This document shows, piece by piece, positions 58,211 to 64,000 of a stretch of 64,000 nt of DNA. Source of the DNA: a virus (lineage: Duplodnaviria; Caudoviricetes); the IMG/VR virus record IMGVR_UViG_3300037851_001014, positions 18,823 through 82,822 of that record; one strand, 5' to 3'. The translations under genes and the position numbers were made by a program. How positions within the stretch are numbered: position 1 is the first letter of the stretch; each line of letters opens with the position of its first letter. The notes under the pieces were generated by a model. The model ran no database searches. It was not told where the DNA came from and was given only the letters and a program-made list of their open reading frames with translations.

Positions 58211-59158
58211 TCAAACCGCAGCAAAGCTATGAAACTCCGGGTATTCGCTCCACTCCCGCCCGTCAAGCAGGCGGTCAGCGGCTTTCTTACCCACTTTCCA
58301 TGAGCAAACGCCTCCATTCCACTCGTTGCTCTTGTAGTCGCCTGCTGTCTTTTTGTCAAACGGACGAGTCGGAAACCACTCTCCCCACTGCTTGAAAAAG
58401 AAAGGCACCCTCGCTGCCTGGCATTGATCTCTAATATCCCTGAACCAGTCTGGGTGTGCCGGTCGAGCATGTGGACCGCTTTCGCCGCCGGTAACAACCC
58501 AATGTATCTCACTGCTCTTAAGCCATGAAAAACCAAACGGAATTATCCCGGTGCCCTCTGCGTGTCCCGTCGCCACTGCTAGATCTATTTCGCTCAACAA
58601 CGGCTCAAGCGATAGAAATCTGACCACGGCATTGGTAGCCTGCAAGACTGGTATACGATCATTGGCTGCTGATTGATTTTCCACAGATACGCCTAGCCAT
58701 ACATTAGGTAGCACCAACGCTCCAGCACTCGGAACATCCGAGTATCTCGAATTGATGTACGCCCGCATTCTATAAGGACGTTTAGTCAAGATCATAAATG
58801 TATGCCAGTAGGCAAGGTGCATCGTTTCAAACACCTGGTCAATAAATTCGTCTGGCACACTTTCGTGAAACAGGTCGCTCATCGAGTTGACGAAAATTCG
58901 CCGCGGCTTTCTCCAGTGGAGTGGAATACCCAGCCGCTCCGTGTGACAGCGTACATCGGTAAATTTGCGCGGAACCCATTGTTCTACAACAACATCGTTG
59001 TTGTTTATATCTTGAACGTGTACCTCTTCGAGGTGATCTTTGCGCCAAAACCGTTCAGCTATTCGTTCCGCATAGCAATTTTTACACCCCTGGCTGACCT
59101 TCGCGCATCCCGTAACAGGATTCCATACTTCGTCAGCCCACTCTATTTTAGTTGGCAT
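58211..59158 (-). CDS. Phage Gp37/Gp68 (DUF5131) radical-SAM-like protein
   Basis: WNPVTGC..S.GC.NCYA, FVNSMSDLFH, FLSLEPLL, GGESG, FFFKQWG. Confidence 0.9.
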   Translation of the reverse strand: MPTKIEWADEVWNPVTGCAKVSQGCKNCYAERIAERFWRKDHLEEVHVQDINNNDVVVEQWVPRKFTDVRCHTERLGIPLHWRKPRRIFVNSMSDLFHESVPDEFIDQVFETMHLAYWHTFMILTKRPYRMRAYINSRYSDVPSAGALVLPNVWLGVSVENQSAANDRIPVLQATNAVVRFLSLEPLLSEIDLAVATGHAEGTGIIPFGFSWLKSSEIHWVVTGGESGPHARPAHPDWFRDIRDQCQAARVPFFFKQWGEWFPTRPFDKKTAGDYKSNEWNGGVCSWKVGKKAADRLLDGREWSEYPEFHSFAAV

Positions 59159-59405
59159 TTTTCAATTCCTCCAGGATGCCCTCAATTGCAACGGCGATTC
59201 GGTACAAACTCTGCTCGGTGTCGGTGCGGAGGTTCAATACCTCAGGAGTGGTAGTATTGTAGCCATAATAATCATCCAGTGTCAGTTGGATTATGAAAGT
59301 ATCATGTTCTGACATTTTCGAATCTAGCCATTTTTGCGTTGGCTCGCTGTTTAACCAATACCGTCTGACCGCCGCTATAAAACTATTAAACTCTATTTCG
59401 TTCAT
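59148..59405 (-). CDS. Hypothetical protein
   Basis: GGAGG RBS. Confidence 0.55.
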   Translation of the reverse strand: MNEIEFNSFIAAVRRYWLNSEPTQKWLDSKMSEHDTFIIQLTLDDYYGYNTTTPEVLNLRTDTEQSLYRIAVAIEGILEELKNAN

Positions 59406-59414
59406 CTCGCCTCC

Positions 59415-59747
59415 TCACAAATCCATCTTGCTCAACAGCTCCAGTAATACGTCTGCATGGCAAGGCTCATCAAGCCTGCACCAGCAAGCAAGGTCTTTTC
59501 CTCGCAGTTCTTCGATCCCTTGCAATTGACTAGCGTATTGCTCAAACAAACTTACTGCGTGATGTCTTGCTCGATCCTCCGATTCAAACGAAAGATAAAA
59601 ATGTAATTCGGGACTCTTGACTCTCCACAGTCCGTTATAAAACACTACTCTATATGGATTTCCCCATTTTGACGGTCTGCCAACGTAGACCGTGTTCTCT
59701 GGCATTTTCCAGCCTTTAATACGTTTACGTTGTATTCGTTGTGACAT
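59415..59747 (-). CDS. DUF4326 protein
   Basis: VYVGRPSKWGNPY..LRGKDLACWC..CHADVL. Confidence 0.9.
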   Translation of the reverse strand: MSQRIQRKRIKGWKMPENTVYVGRPSKWGNPYRVVFYNGLWRVKSPELHFYLSFESEDRARHHAVSLFEQYASQLQGIEELRGKDLACWCRLDEPCHADVLLELLSKMDL

Positions 59748-59754
59748 TTTTCCC

Positions 59755-60207
59755 TCACAAATCCATGACAAAATGCGCCAGGTCTGCGATAGCCAGACCC
59801 AACACCGCCCATAACATAGCAGGGTATTGCCATGCCCACCATGTCATGGGTAATAGGTAGACCAGCCTGCCAATCGTGCCGACCACCGGCGCATGGCTCA
59901 ACCAATGCCGGTGAGTAATCAGCCTGGAGTATGGATACCAATACAACCGCCATAACTGGCGCAACCCAAACCGCCTGACGTTGCCGGTGGCGAGTAGATC
60001 CAGGTCTGGCGTGATGACCATCCCCGCCAGGATACCGACCGCCAGCCCGATGAACGCACCCGTTACCCCAGCCCGGATGATGTCGCTGAAGACCGACTCC
60101 CGGCTCTGGTAATGGATGCGCACGTCCGGCGCATCGTGATTATCAGGCTGGGGGAGTGGAGCCTGCGGCGCACCGGTGGAGCTGTAGCCGTGTGAGCCGA
60201 ATTTCAT
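59755..60207 (-). CDS. Chimeric membrane protein: PDVRIHY N-terminus plus DUF2227-like C-terminus
   Basis: TPDLD..WYPY..HRHWLSHAPVVGT.RL.YL; ATGA coupling to dcm. Confidence 0.65.
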   Translation of the reverse strand: MKFGSHGYSSTGAPQAPLPQPDNHDAPDVRIHYQSRESVFSDIIRAGVTGAFIGLAVGILAGMVITPDLDLLATGNVRRFGLRQLWRLYWYPYSRLITHRHWLSHAPVVGTIGRLVYLLPMTWWAWQYPAMLWAVLGLAIADLAHFVMDL

Positions 60208-61181
60208 AGGGCGGCTATCCTTCTGGCGATCCATTCGACCACCGGCACGGCAACCGCGTTACCAAGCTGCCTGTAACGTACGCTGTCCGACTGTCCGGCT
60301 GTCCACCCATCAGGAAAACCCTGCAAGCGTTCGCACTCGGTAGGGGTGAGACGGCGAACGCCGGCCATTGCACGTGAATCACCATTTAGTGTTGAAGTAC
60401 TTTTCATGAATACCCCGCCAGTATTTAGCTTACTTGTTATCTGTGCTGCATTCCAGCCAATAATCTGCACATCATCAACCATCCTGCCAGCACCCTGGTT
60501 ATTTAGAGATCGAAGGGTTGGAGCGACAAGGCTTTCGGCTGTATCTAAGGTCGTTCCTGGTGGCCTACTCCCGCCTGTTCTGTTAGCAATTCCATTAAGG
60601 GATGGGGCAACACCTTCCCCCGCCTTTCTGCTCGGCGGAGTATCCCTTGCGCCGCCCTCGCGCTCAAATAGTACTTCTGCGGCGCGTCCGTCTCCAAAAC
60701 TTGCGACAATGAAGACACGCTTGCGCCGCTGTGCCAGTCCGAAATACTGAGCGTCAAGCACCCGCCAGACCACGCCATACCCGCGCTTTGCCAGCCATCG
60801 AATGATGACGGCAAAATCCTTTCCTCGGTTAGAGGATAGTAGACCGGGGACGTTCTCGATAATAACCCATGTCGGCTCAACATCATCAATAATTCGTGCA
60901 AACTCGTACCAAAGTCCTGACCGGCTTCCAGCAAGCCCCGCCCGCTTTCCGGCAATGGACAAGTCCTGGCAGGGGAATCCACCGCAAATAAGATCGGCTG
61001 ATCCTGCATTTTCTTTCGTGACATTCTTCACATCCTCTATTTGTTTTACGCCCGGAAACTGGCGAGATAATAATTTCAGGCAGGCTCGGTCAATCTCGAC
61101 TTGCCCAACACATTCCATACCCGCCCGCTGTAAGGCAAGGTCAAAGCCGCCGATTCCCGCAAATAATGACAGATATTTCAC
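60204..61181 (-). CDS. dcm: C5-cytosine DNA methyltransferase
   Basis: FAGIGG, GFPCQD, ENVPG, QRRKRVF, RRLTPTECERLQGFP, GNAV. Confidence 0.95.
   Translation of the reverse strand: MKYLSLFAGIGGFDLALQRAGMECVGQVEIDRACLKLLSRQFPGVKQIEDVKNVTKENAGSADLICGGFPCQDLSIAGKRAGLAGSRSGLWYEFARIIDDVEPTWVIIENVPGLLSSNRGKDFAVIIRWLAKRGYGVVWRVLDAQYFGLAQRRKRVFIVASFGDGRAAEVLFEREGGARDTPPSRKAGEGVAPSLNGIANRTGGSRPPGTTLDTAESLVAPTLRSLNNQGAGRMVDDVQIIGWNAAQITSKLNTGGVFMKSTSTLNGDSRAMAGVRRLTPTECERLQGFPDGWTAGQSDSVRYRQLGNAVAVPVVEWIARRIAAL
60545..61024 (-). CDS. Out-of-frame gene nested inside dcm (M.EcoHK31I beta-like)
   Basis: Own RBS (GAGGA) and ATG 61024; 159 aa ending KYYLSARAAQGILRRAERRGK.LP. Confidence 0.65.
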   Translation of the reverse strand: MSRKKMQDQPILFAVDSPARTCPLPESGRGLLEAGQDFGTSLHELLMMLSRHGLLSRTSPVYYPLTEERILPSSFDGWQSAGMAWSGGCLTLSISDWHSGASVSSLSQVLETDAPQKYYLSARAAQGILRRAERRGKVLPHPLMELLTEQAGVGHQERP

Positions 61182-61465
61182 AGCCTGCTCCAACCTACCA
61201 TGTGCAGGGCTTCGTCAACATCATGGATCACGTTGACTACCCCGCCCGCCCGCCGGATTTCCAGGTGAGCCTCAATTTCACGGGCGTTCAACGCCTTGCC
61301 AGGCATCTTGATCTCGACCAGGTAGACGCTGCCGGCGTAGATAACCAGCGCATCAAACCCGACTGACTTGTCCAGGTAGATATAGCCTGCACCCACCTGT
61401 CGCAATGCCGCAGCGATTTCGTGCTCGTTTGCATCACGCTTCTGGCGGGTTAGTAGGGTTTTCAT
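61178..61465 (-). CDS. Small PD-(D/E)xK (VRR-NUC-like) nuclease
   Basis: RDANEHEI..GFDAL..LVEIK. Confidence 0.8.
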   Translation of the reverse strand: MKTLLTRQKRDANEHEIAAALRQVGAGYIYLDKSVGFDALVIYAGSVYLVEIKMPGKALNAREIEAHLEIRRAGGVVNVIHDVDEALHMVGWSRL

Positions 61466-61659
61466 TTTTCATCCCACCTGTCAAACTGTACATTCCCGCA
61501 CACCTGGCAAACCCAGCCGTTTAATGCTGGCGGAGCCGCTTCCAGTCGGTCATGCTGGGTACGCGTCCAGCATTTGGGACAGTACCGCCAGCCCTGATCG
61601 CACAGGGCGGCGAATGATTCCCTGATCATCTCGGTAAACTGTACAGTCTCGGTGCTCAT
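61462..61659 (-). CDS. Zn-ribbon protein
   Basis: CPKC..CQVC; ATGA couplings. Confidence 0.6.
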   Translation of the reverse strand: MSTETVQFTEMIRESFAALCDQGWRYCPKCWTRTQHDRLEAAPPALNGWVCQVCGNVQFDRWDEK

Positions 61660-61844
61660 GCGCCTGCGCTCCAATCCCCATCGTCTAATGCCTGGATGTA
61701 TCTCTCATAATCCCGCCCGTGCTGAAAGGCGTCTAACATCATTTCGTAGCGGGTCTTCTGGGTGTTGTTATCGTCAAGGTGCTGGCGAGTTTGAATATAG
61801 TGGTTGTACCATTCATAAAACGGGAGTTCGCCTAAGTCGGTCAT
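61656..61844 (-). CDS. Hypothetical protein
   Basis: ATGA couplings at both ends. Confidence 0.55.
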   Translation of the reverse strand: MTDLGELPFYEWYNHYIQTRQHLDDNNTQKTRYEMMLDAFQHGRDYERYIQALDDGDWSAGA

Positions 61845-63109
61845 GAGAACCACGCCCCTTTCACGTCGTAAACTAATCTCATCATCGTATCCCGCGGACC
61901 ATCCCGAAATTTTCGTACCCATAATTCAGTATCGCTCTTATCCTGTGGGCGGCTTGCCGGGTTATAGTATTCATCCCGATAGATCATCAATACTACATCG
62001 GCATTTTCTTCTATTTCGCCACTATCCCGCAGGTCACTGAGATTAGGTCGTTTATCCCCCCGCTGTTCGGTCAATCGGTTGAGCTGCGCAGCGCATAAGA
62101 CCGCACAGCCGAAAAATTTTGACAGGTCTTTCATTTTTTGGGTTATATATCCCTGGCGTTTATTTTCACTTTCTCCTTTGTCTTTTACCAGCCTCAGGTG
62201 ATCGATGACTACTAAGTCTGGGCGATAATCGGCAGCCGATTTCCAGATGGTCTCGGTTGTTTGTCCGCTGTCGATTATGCGCAGTCTATCTCCGTAGGTG
62301 TAAGCCAGATTTTCCGATTCTTGCTTAAGCCTGGCTATGGTCACAGGATCGCATTTACCAGCTCTGACGTCGCGCCAGGTAGTGCCAGCAAGTGGACAGG
62401 CTGCCCGTCCCCATAGATTGACTGCTGACATCTCCAGGCTGAAGATAAGCACCTTGCTGTTGGCATGAGCAACGTTCCGCCCAATCTGCCAGGCTAGCGC
62501 GGTCTTGCCCATCGAAGGGCGGGCGGCTAGTATCGTCAATGTTTGCCGTTCTAACCCGCCTATGCTGTTGTCAATCTGTGGGATGTATGTTGGCACCGAT
62601 CGCACCCCCGAATCCACTATCTGCGCAAATTGAATGGATATATCCTGGGCGTCTGGCAGGTAGTCGACTTTACCGCTGGTTTGACCTGCCATGCTTTCGA
62701 TCATTGTTCGAGCTGCCTTGTCATCGCCAGAATATACCGCCTTTGCAAGGTCGCCCATCATTCGGGTAACACGGGTGATATACTCGCGCCTGCTTATCTC
62801 TTGAGCGTATGCACCTGGAATATAACCGCCAAAGGGTATCCAGGTCGTCCATTTCATGAGATCACTTTGCAGTCCAATCTCGACGGCTGACTGAACGGCA
62901 ATTTCTCTCATCAAATCATCATTCATATTTGGGTTAATCCGGTCAAGGACAAGCTGCCAGTATTTTTTTATGGCAATATCTGACAGAATATCGGGTTTTA
63001 GCCAGGCACATTGCTCAACCGCCGAACCTGGAGAGACGAAGACTACTGCGGCAAATAGCTGCTCGACTTCCCGCTGGCGCATTGCGATGAGTTCATTCAG
63101 GTCAGGCAT
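61841..63109 (-). CDS. dnaB: Full-length replicative helicase
   Basis: AARPSMGKT, FSLEMS, VIDHL, AQLNR, SDLRDSGEIEENAD, KFRDGP. Confidence 0.95.
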   Translation of the reverse strand: MPDLNELIAMRQREVEQLFAAVVFVSPGSAVEQCAWLKPDILSDIAIKKYWQLVLDRINPNMNDDLMREIAVQSAVEIGLQSDLMKWTTWIPFGGYIPGAYAQEISRREYITRVTRMMGDLAKAVYSGDDKAARTMIESMAGQTSGKVDYLPDAQDISIQFAQIVDSGVRSVPTYIPQIDNSIGGLERQTLTILAARPSMGKTALAWQIGRNVAHANSKVLIFSLEMSAVNLWGRAACPLAGTTWRDVRAGKCDPVTIARLKQESENLAYTYGDRLRIIDSGQTTETIWKSAADYRPDLVVIDHLRLVKDKGESENKRQGYITQKMKDLSKFFGCAVLCAAQLNRLTEQRGDKRPNLSDLRDSGEIEENADVVLMIYRDEYYNPASRPQDKSDTELWVRKFRDGPRDTMMRLVYDVKGAWFS

Positions 63110-63377
63110 GGCGCGCTATCCTCTCCGCAGCCTGTGCTGCAATTCTCAGCCAGTAATATGGCGGTTTTGGCAATCGATCATGAAATTGTCCATGACAAAT
63201 GTCACATAATACGATTAAATCCGTAGGCAATTCATCGCCCAGATTGTCATAGGTGTTATGGTGGACGTGTAAACTCTCGATAGAGCTGCAAACCTGGCAT
63301 TTATAGCCGGCGCGTACCAATGCATTATGCACCTGCATGCGCCATTTATCGGATCTTAGATAATCGTAATAATTCAC
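63102..63377 (-). CDS. HNH endonuclease
   Basis: CQVC..LHVHH..LCDICH. Confidence 0.85.
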   Translation of the reverse strand: MNYYDYLRSDKWRMQVHNALVRAGYKCQVCSSIESLHVHHNTYDNLGDELPTDLIVLCDICHGQFHDRLPKPPYYWLRIAAQAAERIARHA

Positions 63378-64000
63378 TTGATCCTGCCTTCGCTGGTGTA
63401 GACTTCGCTTGCCATTTCAATCGGGTCATAATATTTATTTCCTGAATTTATATTTTTCCTCACCCAGTTGACAATTGAGCCAATGTTACTGATAGCATAT
63501 TTTCCCCCTTTGCGCATCTGCTCGACTGCCAGTTTAATATCACCGGCATTGGCGTTTAATTTCTCTAATTCATGGACAGCCTGCATCCATTTCTCAGGAC
63601 CTCCAACATAGGGCGGGTATCCTGTGACTGTACAAAACGCAATCGTAAGTGGATCAAGTTCATCGGAATTTTCGCCGCGTCTTAACGTGGTTATATGATG
63701 GTTAACTGATGGTTCGGGTGAACTATAGTTCACCACCCTGGTGAACTGGGGTTCACCACGTGGTGAACTGGGGTTCACCACCCCTGGTGAACTATAGTTC
63801 ACTACCCCTAGTGAACTAGGGTTCACCACATTGGGTTTTTGTTTTTCACCGATCGGGATGGTGAGTTTATATAAATTGGTGTTGTTCTTATGGGTATCTT
63901 CTGTCTTGCGTCTCGTAATCTGAATAAATCCATTTTGTTCAAGCTCATCCAGGATGCTGATAATATATCTTCGTGTTACTCCGCATCTGCGCGCCAGACT
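63374..64000 (-). CDS. Replication initiator (lambda O-like; wHTH N-terminus cut by the window edge)
   Basis: Frame open to 64000: LARRCGVTRRYIISILDELEQNGFIQ..TNLYKL; internal iterons; upstream of dnaB. Confidence 0.8.
   Translation of the reverse strand, partial: SLARRCGVTRRYIISILDELEQNGFIQITRRKTEDTHKNNTNLYKLTIPIGEKQKPNVVNPSSLGVVNYSSPGVVNPSSPRGEPQFTRVVNYSSPEPSVNHHITTLRRGENSDELDPLTIAFCTVTGYPPYVGGPEKWMQAVHELEKLNANAGDIKLAVEQMRKGGKYAISNIGSIVNWVRKNINSGNKYYDPIEMASEVYTSEGRIK
63717..63827. repeat. Five 18-bp palindromic iterons (replication origin)
   Basis: (G/A)GTGAAC-N4-GTTCAC(C/T) at 63717, 63740, 63762, 63786 and 63810, inside the initiator gene. Confidence 0.85.

Noticed and set aside
63717-63827. 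Mini CRISPR array
   Set aside because: Units are 18 bp with 4-6 bp gaps, inside a coding frame, with no cas genes; iterons fit better.
1-64000. tRNA/rRNA genes, integrase/att sites, contractile sheath, spanins, inteins or introns, stop-codon reassignment, second (non-virion) RNAP
   Set aside because: None recognised by eye, and genes tile normally under code 11. The genome extends beyond the window, so absence here is not absence from the phage.

Overview
The whole window is an internal part of one tailed dsDNA phage genome (siphovirus-type, >64 kb); no host genes, integrase or att site are visible and both ends cut through genes. There are two divergent arms. The + arm (2.5-38 kb) carries terminase, portal, scaffold, capsid, neck, tail tube, tail chaperones with a probable -1 frameshift, a 3.7-kaa tape-measure protein, tail tip/fibres and lysis genes. 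The - arm (1-2.3 kb and 38-64 kb) carries replication, recombination and methylation genes plus an out-of-place four-gene fibre cassette. Main finding: the giant tape-measure gene (13922-25042) appears to be a polyprotein. Its N-terminal half has, in canonical beta-then-beta' order, the motifs of a single-chain two-barrel RNA polymerase (GAKVAGLGLK, PVDI, DLMG..SVGR..HQ, RYP, DFDLDQM). These are followed by a PD-(D/E)xK nuclease domain, a HeH/Rho-N-like module between Pro/Ala linkers, and then the tape measure proper. This suggests a virion-delivered RNA polymerase plus nuclease. Tape-fused virion RNAP has a precedent (Thermus phage P23-45); I know of none for the added nuclease. Other points: an out-of-frame gene nested in dcm, three mosaic tail-tip paralogues, two replication modules, and five palindromic iterons. 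All family assignments are by-eye motif recognition, not database searches. The host cannot be determined from the sequence.
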